From: Tubulanus polymorphus
Taxonomy: Eukaryota; Animalia; Nemertea
Direction of reading: 5' to 3'
Length of the DNA: 64,000 nt
Assembly: GCF_964204645.1 (NCBI RefSeq)
Contig: NC_134028.1
Span: 12,509,263-12,573,262 of the forward strand
The position numbers were made by a program, and so were the translations under genes. Of the stretch, positions 37,546-51,954 are shown in pieces (position 1 is the first letter of the stretch; every line of letters begins with the position of its first letter). The notes beneath the pieces were generated by a model, which had not been told where the DNA came from, did no database searches, and worked only from the letters and a program-made list of their open reading frames with translations.

Positions 37546-38555
37546 AACTAGGGGTCCAGGGACACCATGCCCACTTGGGCAGTGGTTTCCAATGCTCAAC
37601 TATCTAACAATTTCCATATTCGACGCCCCCTGGTAACCATATACAAAAACCAATGACCTTGAAACTCACTACAATCATAGAACATGTCAGCAGCTACGAT
37701 TTGTAATTGATTGTGATAACAAAATATGCCTCGTTACCAATCTAATATGGAAATACTAAGTATTTCTACTATTCAATGCCCCTGGTGACCATATGCAAAA
37801 CCCAATGACCTTGAAACTCACCACAATAATAGAACATGTCATAAACTACAACTTTGCAATTGATCATGGGAACAAAATATGCCTAGGTACCTTTCTAATA
37901 AGGAAATCATTCTACTATTCAACGCCCCCTGATGACCATATAGAATAACTAATGTCCTTAAAACTCACCACAATCATAGACAATGTCATGAGCTACAACT
38001 TTGTAATTGATTGTGGTAACAAAATATGCTTAGGTATCAATATAATGTGGAAAAACTTTTTCCCACCAATGAATGAGTACTGATGATACCAAGATGGCCG
38101 CCAATTGCGTCCTAATTGGCCGATCAAAAATTTCTGGCTCAGGTATAAAACATCCCTTTCCAAAGAATACCCTTCACAAATTGCAATGAGAAATGGCAAA
38201 CCAGTAGGAAGCTACAGGACTCAGAATTTGGGCCAAAATTAACATTTTTGGGCACTAAAAAGGTCATAAACAGCCATCATGAGTCCGATCAACCCAATTT
38301 TTCTTATGGTGATGGGCCCTTGGGGTATTCAAATATGTACGAAAGATCAAGGTTATTGATTTAAGCGTCTTCAAAATTTCCCTTAAAAAGTTCAAAAAGT
38401 GTAAAAAGTGCTGATTTTTACTAACAACAATGGCTGCCAGTCGGCCATCTTGATTCTGACAGGGCCAGTTTTTGGGCTGAAGATGTGTCTAGGGTAGATA
38501 CATGTTTAAACCAAATATCAAGACATTACCTTGAAGCGTCTTCAAAACTTCCCAA
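37546..38555 (-). mobile_element. Helentron-type element, family B, with three satellite units (truncated)
   Basis: aactaggggtccagggacaccatgcccacttggg terminus; GCCCACTTGGG subterminal IR shared with the family's other end. Confidence 0.7.
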
Positions 38556-40403
38556 CATGGTGACTAAAGATTGTTGATTGACAGGTGCGCATGTACCGTA
38601 CTCTTCACTGCTGATTTTGAAAAATGCAGTTTTGAGATGCCCATCTTCTAGGCGATCTCGCATAAAAGGGGTGGGACTGGGGATCACAAAACCTTAACAG
38701 GTGTTTTCTTGATTGACATCCAAGCATGCCGTAGTTGTTTGTACCGTACCGGCAATTTGATGATTTTACGACACTTTAAAGATTTAAACGCAATATATTT
38801 CAAAAAATTATGAAATTTAGAAATAAGTTCTCCCCCAGGTGTAAAAATAAAGTAGTTTTGGTGTATATTGCAAAAGGTTTTAGTTTGATTCGTTAAGCCA
38901 TCTTTTCCCGGAAATTGCCGTAAAGTTGGGAAGTATTAAAAAAATTGCTACATCCAGGCATTTTCGTTTATTTCCGGGTTCGCGTAAGCGTTTCACGTTT
39001 AAATCAGCTGTTTACCTAAGTTTTAAGTTGTTTTGTCATTTTCTCTGATGAATGAAATGAAATTTGTGATAATTATTTCATTTTGAATAGTTTTGGGGAT
39101 GATGTTGCCGATAAAGCTAAAGAAATCCCCTGTTTCATTCTGAATGAAGGCCTTGCCCTTAGGCCTACCTCATCATCAATCACACTGAATAAGCAGCTAG
39201 ATGAACCCCCTGCCTCTGCCCAATAACACTGACATATAAAAACTTAACTGAAATGAAAATGCAATATTTATTTATCAAAAAATAATTCATTTATGTTTTA
39301 CAAATTAATTATTAGCTACAACTGAAATTGCCAAACTCTTATGAACATCGTTGGACTTGGGCCGCCACAAATTTTCTTTGGCTTTGTTATTGTGGGATTT
39401 CTCTCGTTGTGTTAATTTATTGTTTCATGGGGTCTTAGATACACAAACCTACAACACAACTGGACGTATATTCCCACCCATACCTATATATCAGCCGGAT
39501 TCCTCAACGACGTCAACACCATTATTACAAAAACTTGAATTTTCAATATTCCTGCCCATAAGCAGTAAGGACACATGTCACGTTTGACCTACACGTCACA
39601 GCAGACTAATATTATGTATTACCCCCAGAACCCCTCAACACAGGCAAAACCATCCAGTATTAGATTTTTGCAATCTCTTCTCCAATTGTTTACCTACACA
39701 ATATTCCATTTTTCACTGGCAGATGCTGAAGACAAAAATCTGATAAATTCCTATTTACACCAAACCACTACATTTATATTAAAGAGGTATTCACAATATG
39801 TAGCCCATAGAATGGTCACCTTACAACAAAGTTCTAAGACCACATGCGTTCCAATGTTCCCACCAGCGGGTGCTGCAAACATGACACAGCTGATTCTTTC
39901 CTATCATTCATAAGGCAGCAAACTTGATAATTACAAATTATTGCACATATATAACCCGTGGATTGACACACCTATTGAAAAGTTATACAACATTTACTCA
40001 ATGACAGCTGACGTTTTGGGGGTATATGCCTAACTTTAATAATTAACACTAGTCTTATAATCATATCAAAAGTGACCATGGTGTCTCGGGACCCATAGTT
40101 TCATGAAAAATCCCCAAATACACAAACCTCCATGTCCCATTCACCTATATGTTTATATTATTACATTCTCTATTTTTCCACCAGGCGCCAGTATTTTCCT
40201 CAAAAGTATTTTTCTTGTTATGATTTGATGAAACATAAAAAACTGCCACAAAAAAGTTCATTGTAGACATCATAGAACATTATTATTAATTGAATAAGGT
40301 CCCATAAAATAAAAAACACCACAAAGTAGGAATTTTTAGAGAAAAGAAATGTCGACCGAATTTGCATAGTTCATGAATTGATTCATTGGATTAATTAACT
40401 TAC

Positions 40404-40519
40404 CCGACCACGATCTACTTCATCATCATAATCATCAGACCAGGTCCGTTTATTTTCACGAGCCCTCTCTGCAAAGACTTCATTGTCTATATTATTTTTT
40501 CCACCAGTCCATGAATTCA
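40404..40519 (-). CDS. USP36: USP36/42-like exon
   Basis: ttttcag|(V)NSWTGGKNNIDNEVFAERARENKRTWSDDYDDEVDRGR|gtaagt; resembles USP36 VLTWDG...DDWDEEFDRGK. Confidence 0.9.
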
Positions 40520-41092
40520 CTGAAAAACATGAAGGACATTGAAAATCCAAATGCATAGACATTTATTGACACATAAGTAACATGCCTATAATCTGCTTAT
40601 CTAGATTGTCATTGGACTTTTAACTGCATTGACTGCTGAGTTAGTAGGAGTAGTGAGGTCATTATACACAGAAGCTATTATGTCCAAATTATAGAATTTA
40701 ACTCCGCAGTTTACTTAACTTTGGGTTTAAACAGATTCAGTGTGAGTGAGGAAAAGTTAACCCCATGTGCATACTCTATTTTTATTGAGGAATGCAATTA
40801 AACAAGGGGTCCAGGGTCACAACGCCCACTTGGAAAGTGGTTTGAAATTCTCAACAAATCATTACAATATTACACAACCCCCTGATGAAAGAAACTACTG
40901 ACTTTCAATCTCACCACAGGCGTAGACAAGAAACGAAATTATTAATATGGACTTTCCCAAATTTACATGATGGTACACGTTTAATCCATATATAAACAAT
41001 CGAAACCAAGGTGAAGAAAAATTGGTACCTTGTTTCTCATTTCCGACTGGGTGCAAAAGTCTTTGGCTCAGTGACCCGGAAAAATACTAGGA

Positions 41093-42024
41093 ATCTAGGG
41101 ACACCATGTCCACTTGGGAAGTGGTTTCAAATGTTCAACATTCTAACATCTTCAATATTCAACACCCTCTGGTGACCATATACTGAAACCAATGACCTTG
41201 AAAACTCACCACAATCATAGAACATGTCATGTCTTACAATTTTGCAATCTACTGCGGCAACACATAGGTAACAATATAATATGGAAATAAGCTTTTGTTT
41301 GTAATTGATTGTAGTTACAAAATATGCATAGGTACTAATATAAGTAGACAAATTGTATACCCAGGTGGCAAAACCATATGAATTGATCCCGAATTCCAAG
41401 TGAAGAGATTTATCCTACGACGGTGCTCATTATAATCGAATATCAAGTCAAATTATTTTTCTGAAAAAACCTTTTTCCACCTATGAAAGAGTATTGATGA
41501 CACTAAGATGGCTGCCAATAGTGTGATAATTGTCAGACAAAAATAACCTGTCTTAAGTATTAAAGATCACTTTTAATAGAATACCCACAACAAATTGCAA
41601 GGAAAAATGCCAACTCATTAAAAAGCTACAGGACTCAGAATTCAGTATTTTTTGGCACAAAAATGGTCACAGGATGGCCATCTTGAGCCCGATCCACCCA
41701 ATTTTTCTCATGCTGATGGGAACTTGGGGATACTAGTATATATGAAAGATGAAGATAATTGATTAAAGTGTCTTCAAAATTTTCGTTGAAAACTTCAAGA
41801 ATGTGTAAAAATTGCGGATGTCCACAAACAACAATTGGTCCGCCATCTTGAATCTGACTGGACTGACCAATTTATTGGCTGAAGATGTCTAGGGTAGATC
41901 CTTCAAATACCAAGACATTACCAACTCCCAAAGTAACTGGATTCAGTCTAAGGATGGACGAATAGATTGAGGACGGATGAAAAAAGAATGCAATAGCCCC
42001 TCGGTCCCAAGTGGGCTGAAAAAC
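41093..42024 (-). mobile_element. Helentron-type element, family B
   Basis: gggacaccatgtccacttggg...gcaatagcccc..gtcccaagtgggctgaaaa. Confidence 0.68.
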
Positions 42025-43452
42025 CTGCCTGCTGGGTGGTTCAAAATTAGCTCTGGGAGTACAAGAAATAAAATAAAAGCATTTGGATGGGTCTCAGTAT
42101 GTCTTTCTGATATTTTTTCCCTTTTATTGTGGGGTTCGAGCTTACAGGTACAACAGATTATGAGTTTAGTTATCAATGTTTCTTTTTCCCAATGGGGGAG
42201 AGACCAGAGAACATTGTTCACATTTTTCATGTCAACACCCCTGATGTCATGATTGAATTGCATTGACCAGGGATGAGAACGCCGACCTATTAAATCCTCG
42301 TTTTTTTTTCTTGAGTTACACCCGCGAACCAGCACTCGCGAGCGCCGAAGGCGCGAAGCAATTACGGGGGGTCATTACATTTTAGAAGGAAATGACTATT
42401 TCCAATGTGGCACGTGCACATTCGATGCATCATGGGTCAGGCCCTGAATTATTACAGTTAAAATGCGCCCATGAATGCTTTCTAAAAATCATCCTGTTGT
42501 ATACAGTGTATATAATATCTCGTGGTGTTTGCCACGTACGCGCGAGGCAACAGTAGAAGGCCTATATACAATACTACTGTTGCAGCGCGCGCGTGTCTGC
42601 AACCGATCGTTGAAATACATCATACACATTGTAGTAGATATAAAATCAGTGTTGCAATGAATACGCATAGAAATGCAATAGGCAACGATAAGTAAGATAG
42701 GCGTTGAACGCTTTTACGGTTCACCCGCTTACCAATCACGCTGGACCAGCTGAGTAAGACCATCATCAACCCCACCCCTTATACTTTTACATCATTTTTG
42801 GAATTTTTTTGAAAAATGATATGTTTCAATACCGAAATCCAGGGGAAACTGTGGGCAATTCCTATTTCTGATTGACCCGATTTTAGATATGGCTCGGACC
42901 TAAGTAATGCCCTACTTGTATACCAAGGGGATAAAAATATGTAAGTACATAATACAGAGCCTAAAGTGTCCCAAGCCAAAAGTGTAGGAAACGTAATGTT
43001 TCTATTACATAGGATGGACAGTAGCATACATGGATTCCACTCGTGCCGAGAGACTGATAATTTTTGTCTGAATTTAAACACAAATTTTATGTTTATAAGC
43101 TGTAAGTAGTCAAATTTGATAGGGCATCCTATTTGATGAAAGCTCAATGACTGGAAAGAGGGAGGAAAATAATACGAATGAACCTCATGAATTTGATTCA
43201 GTTTAAGACAAAATCCATTTACTATGATGTTTTGCAGCATGTCCCAGCTAAGATCAAGCTTTGGCTAATACAAAAACCTGTTAAATACAACTTTTGCCCA
43301 CAAGATTCATATTCATGAGGTTCCAATGAAATAATCAACAGAATAACAAGATTTCTGTGAAAAGCAAAACCCTAATAAAAAATTCCTGGGAATAACAATA
43401 GGGTTTTCTGATGAAAGGTCAGAAAACCCGTAAGTATAGGATAATGCAGTAC

Positions 43453-43617
43453 CTGAGCTACCATAGCCATGAAGTGTCTGTTTCTGCAACTCCTCTATAA
43501 CATTTGAACTATGACTTCCATCCCATGATGTTTTAGCGTAACTGTGATTTGTTTTATCGTGGTGTTGTCTGCTTGTGAAGCCATCTTTAACATGATGATC
43601 CCAGCACGTACTTGGAA
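43453..43617 (-). CDS. USP36: USP36/42-like exon
   Basis: tatttcag|(V)PSTCWDHHVKDGF...SWDGSHSSNVIEELQKQTLHGYGSS|gtactg, phase 1/1; resembles USP36 DVVQELLKYSSDKAYG. Confidence 0.88.
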
Positions 43618-44059
43618 CTGAAATAATGTAGGTTTTAGTGCTATTTCATACACTGAGATAAGAAATATACAAAACGTGAGACAAAAAAAGAGTGCATGAA
43701 AACTATACAATATTACAACTTATGATTACTTAATTACTATTTAAGATACATTCAAAACTAGATGTCCAGAGATACCGTGCCCATGTGGTAGTGGTTTAAA
43801 AATCTCAATCTGAAATTTCAATATTCGACATGTCTCAATACTCAATTCATTGCCATTAAAAAACGGGCATAGGTACCAATATAAATAGACCAGTTGTACA
43901 TACTTCAACTCGCCCAGTTAGCGAGAACAAAAAGTAGGTGATCCCAATACCATGTGAGGAGATGCATCACATAACAGTGCTAAGGATTAACAAATATAAA
44001 GACCTCCTGATATTTTCAACAAAAATCCTTTTTCCATCAAGAATTGAATACTGATGACT

Positions 44060-44165
44060 GTTAAAAATCTCTTCCCCATCCTCTCCCGGCAGGGCTTCGA
44101 ACCTAATGGCATCGAGATTGCCACAGTACAAAACCCTGCCATACTGGACTGAGTGCGCAGCTACA
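44060..44165 (-). mobile_element. Possible tRNA-derived SINE head
   Basis: Reverse strand has an A-box-like ctcagtccagtatgg and a B-box ggttcgaagcc; no complete cloverleaf. Confidence 0.35.
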
Positions 44166-45280
44166 AATGTAGCCTAGATGATGTTATCATTAGCCAATCA
44201 GATATCCTGTTATATTTGAGCCCAGATTTTCCCATTTATAGTTCTTCCGTGAAATTTACCTCAGCGAATATGATTGGGTCTGCATGTTTATATGTGGAAA
44301 TCCTGCGCATGTGCCTGCACACCAAGTCTTAAGTATGTTCACTCTGAAAAGAGCCCGATAGGCGTGTATGTACTGTTGACCTCAGAGCTCTAGTTGCGTC
44401 TGATTGTGTACATTGAATTATTTGAGTGCATAACCAATAACACTGCTGCTACACGCTATGAACAACCTTTCCATGCGCTTACTATTGCACAATTCTATGC
44501 TTTTGGTTTTCTTAGTTATTGTCCTGTTTGTCAAAAATGTATGAATTGACAAAATTTCCAGGATTGTAGCGGCAAATGCCTTGCCTTCTAGGAAACCGCA
44601 ACCAGCCCCAAGTACTTATCAACAAGGTCTGTAACTAATTTTCAAGTTTAATCCAATTCCAAAGGGAAGATGATATATTACTGACAGTATTTATACACAA
44701 ATAGGTCGGAGATACCCCCATGGTTTGAGGACCATAAGGCGTATCCATCTAAATTCATTTGTACAGAGTTTTACAAGACACTCAGATAACTTAAGAGCTA
44801 CCAAAAGAACAGTCCATCGGAAGCCTCAAATTGCTGGTTGAAACAAATATGTCTAGAAATGGGGATACTGAAGGGATTTTTACTATATAAATGGATTAAG
44901 CCATAATACCAGTATTTTCTTCTTGGTTAGACTTAGGCACTACACTTATCCATATGTTTATCATTTATGCTCAGTGAATTCTAGGATAGCAAGGATTCTC
45001 ATAGTGCATAAAAGAGTTTAATGAAATGAAAAACTTATCACTTAGGTTAGGATAGGTTAACTTAGGTTTATTTGTTTCAATTAGGCCAATATATTATTTC
45101 AATATCAATTGAAATTCAAGGTAGATATTTTTACTATATGCATAGTTGGAACGAGCACATGGTAATGTTTACCATTGCTGTGGTTATACTCAATACAGTC
45201 ATGTTGCAATTGGTTGTTAATTTGAGTGGCAGTACATAGTGACCCTCCTTCCTGGCTCTTTTGAGAGTGAACAGACTTAA

Positions 45281-45916
45281 AGGCGAACTGTAGTGAAAAA
45301 TTTTTTGTATCTAGATGTGTTAGAAACCTTTATAAATACATTTTCAAAACAGCAGAAAAACATTTCATCTAATACTTTATCCAAAAAAGAGGGTTTTGTA
45401 AAGTGACTGGCCGCCGCCATTTTCTCCACGTAGCTGACGCTTTTCTCTCGGCTGTGACGTAGTTGCGGCCCACTTCGATACGTGTTACTGCTGCTATTCA
45501 TAGTGTATTCATCACTTTAAGTCCAATAACAGTTCTAAACTGCAGCATGATGCCACATCAGCAATTATTTGGATATGTTTCACACAGTGAGTGGATAAAT
45601 AAAAGTAGAGACCCCACTGGCAGCCCAGCAGGAGTATTTTAATCGCAATTTTCAACTGATATCTTCAATGAGTGTATCTATTTGAGTACACACTGGAGTG
45701 TGTGAAGGGCCGGGATACGTCATCAATGTTTACATGCCTTGCTTTGGAATTTAAATATGGCGGCTCTCATCTGCCGTAAATTCTGCTGATAACAGTATCA
45801 AAATCGTTGTATACAAGTTAATTAGGAAGAATTGGAAATTTCAACTAGCATTATGCTAAACAACAACAAATGTAGAAATGAATGGCCAATTAAAATTTTT
45901 TGACTGCAGTTCCCCT
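45281..45916. mobile_element. Kolobok-type MITE
   Basis: TTAA|AGGCGAACTGTAGTGAAAAA...TTTTTGACTGCAGTTCCCCT|TTAA. Confidence 0.8.
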
Positions 45917-46352
45917 TTAAGAGCGGCAGGGGTTCGTGCCGTGGCTTCATTGCCACTTTTGTTTTTATAAAATGTAACAAATGACTGAGTGACAGATCAT
46001 AATCAAAGCACTTTTTAGAATACCCATCACAAATTGCAATGATGAATGGCATACCAGTAGGAAGCTACAGGACTCAGAATTTGGGCCAAAATATACATTT
46101 TTGGGCACAAAAAAAGGACATAGGACGGCCATCTTCAGTTAGATCGACCCAGTTTTTTTATGTTAATGCGCCCTTGGGGGTTTCAAATATATACGCAAGA
46201 TCCAGGTTATTGATCGAATCATCTTCAAAATTTCCCTAAAAAACTTAGAAATTGTGTAAAAAGTGCTGATTTTGGCGAACAACAATGGCTGCCAGTTGAT
46301 TCTGACAGGGCCAGTTTTTGGGCTAAATATGTGTCTAGGGTAGATATATGTA

Positions 46353-47419
46353 CAGTGCTTCATCTAGCCAAAAAAAGAAGGGCGGTCCGCCCCGCCCCCG
46401 AAAATAGCCGCCCTTGTGCCCTTCAGATGTGTCCCATGCTCGCCCTTGTGCCCTAATCACTTGCCGTAGGTCCGCCATCCTGCCCTTGTCAGTCACTAGT
46501 AATGAGTCAGGGCTTTCAAAATAAGCCGACACATCCGACTGTTAGTAAGTTTCCTGCGACGGCTATGAAATATCTCGTACGATATCAACGATAGTAGCTC
46601 ATGTGATCAGTGGTTATATTCAAATGTTCTGCAGTCAGTGTGCATCGTGTGAAAACGTGCCTCAGACGCGTGGCCTAGTTTAAGTTTCCAGGAAATTGGC
46701 TGACTTCCAAACCACTGCCAATCATTCTAGCGACTGCCGTTGTAAAGCTGGTAGTGTATATTCGATGGATTGTTTCGTTTTGAACACATCGTGATGCTCT
46801 GGATCTTTTTATCTAGACTATTAGACAATTTTTTTTTTATACAAGGTGACAAACTTTGTTCGGTGAACTCACAGAGAGACTCGCACAGACAATTAGTTTG
46901 AGTAGCCTAATAGCAATAATGTGTTCTTAAGCTGGCTGCTTACCAATTATCAACAGTTACTTGCCAATCACTAACACTATCAATTTAAATCAATTAATTT
47001 GATATTTCTAAGATTAAAAATATGCAATTTCATGTAGGCCTATACACTATTGCTGGCTCTTTTTCGCTGTATTTGCTACTTGAGATTGCTTTTTTCTGCA
47101 ATTTTTTTGTCTGCAACTGGTTTTCCAAATCATTTTGAAAGCCCTATCTAGATTAACTTTTGTTCATTGACAGGCATAGGTGTAAGGATGTACTGTGGTC
47201 AAGTGTGTCACTCATGGCATAATCAGATTTAAACATAGTTTCTAGTCCTCAATCGTAGTAGGGGGTACCTCGATTCTATGCAATAGGGAACATTGCAGTT
47301 TGCCCCTAAAACAGACGTGAGTGCGTTATTATGTGCCCTTGCTCCGATGGAATCACGCAAAAAAATGCCCTTATTTGAAATCAGCATCCTGCCCTTTTTT
47401 AATGCTAGATGAAGCACTG
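46353..47419. mobile_element. hAT-like MITE inserted in a family B element
   Basis: TIR cagtgcttcatctagc / gctagatgaagcactg; tatgta duplicated; subterminal gccc repeats. Confidence 0.8.
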
Positions 47420-48586
47420 TATGTATAACCCAAATATCAAGACATTACCTTGAAGCGTCTTCAAAACTTCCCAAAATAACTGGATTCCGTCTGCGGCGGA
47501 CAGAGGGACGGATGGACGAACGGACGAAAAGTGAACACAATAGCCCACTGGGACATTAGTCCCAAGTGGGCTAAAAAAGGTTAGTTTTTTTCATTTTTCC
47601 CATCATTTGAATCCAATTAATCAGAATTTCCACTCCTTTCTTGTCATGCAGTCAGTCTGTGGTTTTGTGGAACATACTCAAATAATAAAAAATATTTATC
47701 ATATTTCAATCCCTTTGTCTCACGTTTTCTTCTTAAAAACCCATGCCTTATCGCGGACCTGTGCTGGATAGTAAAAAATTCATATGCTCTCTTGTATCTT
47801 CCATCTTGCAGAGACTGCCTCGATGAGCATATGTTCGTCTTACGCTACCTTCTACCAGCCAAATCGGCTGACCGTGCATGCCAGATGTCTGTATATCGTG
47901 AGAAAGCTGTGTGCAATGACTTTCCTGGGCTAGATAACTGCAACAATGTGCGGGGCCAGCGGTAAATCGTTATGTACAATACGATGTATGTATATATGCA
48001 TAAGAAATCTTGTATATCGGTGTTCTCCATTGCAAAAAATTCCCAGGGGCAGTTAGTATGCAAGAACATGCGCCGAGGCTTTCGAGCACTTATCGGCAGC
48101 GGAAAGATGTTCTATTTGTAGGTGCTCAGATGCATTTTCCCAGAATTTGCGATCATAATCAACTAGTCTAAGTTCGAAAATTTTTATAGCCTTTGTCTAG
48201 AAAGTGATCGTCGGCAGTTTCCTTGAAGCACTTTTCTGCCAGAGATTGGTAGTCCTGCGGGCATGAAATAGTTTCGATGTTCTTCCATCTGTATAATTAG
48301 ATTTGTCAATAAAGCTCAGCAAGAATTATATTTATTTCCATTTAGTGAACTTATGTTTGAAAAATAATTTGGTAATCATAAGAAAAGATTTTCTACGGGT
48401 TCTACGATCTTTTACGGGCATTGAGACTTGAAAAATTGAGGCTGCTGGTTTCGATAATTCAGCTGCTGAGTGCAGCAGTGTGACTCGTCGTGCATTGATC
48501 TTCGCGTGCATGCCAGGCAGTCCCAGGATATCTATCGGCTTACCTGAGCGGCACCATGGTGAGCCCTTTCTACAATTATTGACGTA

Positions 48587-49194
48587 CCGTATTTTCCGGC
48601 CAATAAGCCGATTTTCTAGCCTCAGATTTTTACCCAAAATATCGTGATCGGCTTATTGGGCGGATACGATCTGACATAAAAAATCACTTCCCGATCTATG
48701 CCACTCTAATGCTCTCAATGATCGTCAAAATCAAGAAAAGTGGTCGATATTTATTTGAGGTCATTATTTACTACCAATTATAATCTATTTTGAACTATTT
48801 TATTTTTACTTAGATTGTTCCATCACCGCACAGCGGCAATGGGATACATTTATATAACGCGCGAGTTCATCGTACTACCACGTGTCAGTTCATACATTAG
48901 TATATATGCAAATCAGCAGTGAGCCGCGTACTGCGTGTATGGCTGTGTGTATAGTAATCAGCTGAGTGAGTCTATATATAGCACAGTCACTCAGCGATGA
49001 TAGTATACACAGCACTCTCACACATCGGCGGGCCCTACTGTCAGCCTCTTAAATCGTCAATTAAGACGAACTAATTGACAAATCAGTGAATTAAAATCTC
49101 TGATGAAGGGCCTCGGCTTATTGGACGAAGCTTTATGAAATCCATGTATTTTAGGCTAAAAAACTGCCCTCGGCTTATTGGCCGGAAAATACGG
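48587..49194. mobile_element. Tc1/mariner (Tc2/pogo-like) MITE
   Basis: TA|CCGTATTTTCCGGCCAATAAGCCGA...TCGGCTTATTGGCCGGAAAATACGG|TA. Confidence 0.9.
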
Positions 49195-50886
49195 TATGTA
49201 ATAAGTTTATATGGCATGAAGCGTTTATCCGACTCACTATTTATACAACTATTGATATACCGGAAATGTTTCAATTTATTGGGACGATCTAGATTTATTT
49301 TTTGTAGGGGCGCTTTTATAAAAGGGCAGCAAAAAATAACAGGGGCTGATTTTCAAGTTTTCAAATTTTCATGGGGCGCCCGTCCCTCAAAAAACCTTAT
49401 GAACACTATATATCAATCCAGTGTTCAATTATGCAAATTAATGTAGTGCAGTGATCGATCGTACATCAAAACACAAGTTATTTTCATCAATATAATGGGC
49501 ATGCAAAAAACGAATATAACAATAAGAGACAGATGTAATTTCCACTTTAGTTTTAGACATCACCAATAGAACACCAAACGCGCATGCATCAGTAACTCAC
49601 TAATTGATCCCAGCAAATTGATCCCATACAAAATTTCCCACGTCCCAAACCACGAAAATGAGGGCAAAAATCAACAAGAAAAGAAATTTCTAATATGGAC
49701 TTTCCTAAATTTAAATAAATGTATGTTAAATCCAGCATCAAAATTAAACATTGGTACTCTTGAGGTTATGCAGAACGGTTGAAAAAGAGTGACAACTATT
49801 AGATTGAATTTAAATGATGGGAGAAAACTGACTTTTTACAGATAATTAGATCAAAAATAAGGACTGAAAATACCGAGAAAATATTTCTTTTTTGGCTCGA
49901 GTCAACCGTCTGGCCGATCGATAATCATTCGTATGCTAAATACACAACGCTCAAAGCCATTTTTAGCACACTCAAACGCAATTTCAGTAGCCTGTAATTT
50001 TACTTCTAATGGGCGAATTGAACGGATTAAGCAAAAATATACTTCGTAATTGGTTTTTCTTTATGGCGCGCGCAAAGTTGAAAGCCATGGGTTTCATATC
50101 TTTTTAGAAATTTACCAAAAAGATTCAAAAATTCGATTTATTTGACCATGTTTTTTCATGCAGCATCTATAACTGTCCAAAATTACACATGTGATAATTC
50201 GATGCTTTTAGCGTAGAAGAACTTTAAATCGCCAAGATATCGCCAAGGTAGTTATGGGCTTTCAAAGACTAAACCCCTCGAAATCTAGGTTATATAAAAT
50301 TTGTGTTGACCCAGTTTTGACTTCATCATGACATCATAACATTGACGAGGTGGATCAGCTGGTGCGTGTTATTTCACAAACAAAATGGCGGCACAATTGA
50401 ATGGGTTGATATTCATTATTTCTAGCGCGAAGACTGATACTTAAGGCGTATGATGTAACGAATTAATGTGTGGGATGTGTTCAATGATTCATCTAGTTTT
50501 GATATCCCGTGCGTAAGGTAACATTGCATCAAGATATCTGACGAAAATGTGGTTTCAAAATGAGGGAATTTACTTCCGTGTTCGCCACACGGCTGATTTA
50601 CTGATAGCATCGGATTATTAAATGAGTCTGATATATACACGACTGGAATACTTGTTTTATCATCATTGCATCAGCAATCCATTTTGGAGCCTGATTATTA
50701 GTACTAGTTTGTTAACTGTGGCACAGTAATAAGCGTTCACATTGAAAACAGTCGTGTACAGTCGCGTAGGCAATATCGCCTTATACTCTCGTGATCACTG
50801 CGTGTATATATCAGTTATACAGTATGCGCACCAGTGTAGGTGGCGCGTCACAACGATTTGTCTGGTTGAAGATGTAAGCTACTTAA

Positions 50887-51343
50887 CCCATTAGCACTCA
50901 AGCCGCCCGTATCCGACCTGCCTATTACTCCTCAAGTCACCCGAATCCGCCCCAGCACTTTTTTCGTATGCGGCACGAAAACGGTTACAGTGGGTTTCGA
51001 ACCCAATAGCTTATGATAAACTACATACCTAAGTCCTCGAAATACCAAACAGAAATCAACATCCTCCTACTTCAATTTCTCAAGTATTTCGAGTTTGAAC
51101 ATGACACATCTGAGCGCTCACTTCTAATCCAAGTAAGTTTGTATGAATTTCAGGGGGCCAAAGGGACAAGATTTTGGTGGCCAACCTCATAAAATCTTAC
51201 ATCATATGAAAACGTTGACTATTTACTACAGAATAACACTAGCAATGCATGGGAATAAACAGCAAATGAGCTATTCGGTATCGTGATGAACTTCGTCGAG
51301 GAATAATCGACACCACAGAGTGCAATTCCTGAGTGCTAATGGG
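50887..51343. mobile_element. piggyBac-type MITE, second copy (opposite orientation)
   Basis: Same TIRs and TTAA TSD as 25654-26070. Confidence 0.88.
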
Positions 51344-51954
51344 TTAAAGCAATCCTATCGTGAAATCAATAAAAACCATGTCAGTTGATGAACTTTGTTT
51401 CAGTCAGTAACCGGCACTGGCCTCAAATTTGAAGAACTCAGGAGCTTCTGTCCTGATTGGTGTGTATGATAATGAAAAACCTCCGATGAAACCCGGGCTC
51501 TCACCAAGTGTGTACCCTATCTTAAGTTTTAGTTGTTTTACGTTATTCAAGGGATGTATCAAAATTATGAACATTTGTTCAGACAAAAGGCCCATAATCA
51601 ATTTTGCGAAGATTTCATTCTCGTTAAGTCAGTTATCAATAAAAGTTTACACTGACCAAAATTGAGTCCTTTTTCCAGAAACTCCAAAAACTCCTAAGTT
51701 CTTCAAATTTGAGGCCAGAGCCGCTTACGGACAAAACAAAGTTTATCGACTGACACTTTTTTAAGATTTTCTATTTTTTACACTAAATGATAGCAAATAG
51801 TATATAAGTAATAAGGCTAGGTGATTTCAAAATTGGAAAAACCTTTTCAATCTACTCAGAATTGATGATTTTGGTGTTCACGCACCTGTTCAGTGTATAC
51901 ATTGCTTCTGCTGAACGCGTGGTACCGTGTCTATTAATAGAACTATGTCACTAA

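Noticed and set aside
39340-39913. Possible coding remnant
   Set aside because: No recognisable motif in the frames read and no splice-compatible link to the USP36 exons.
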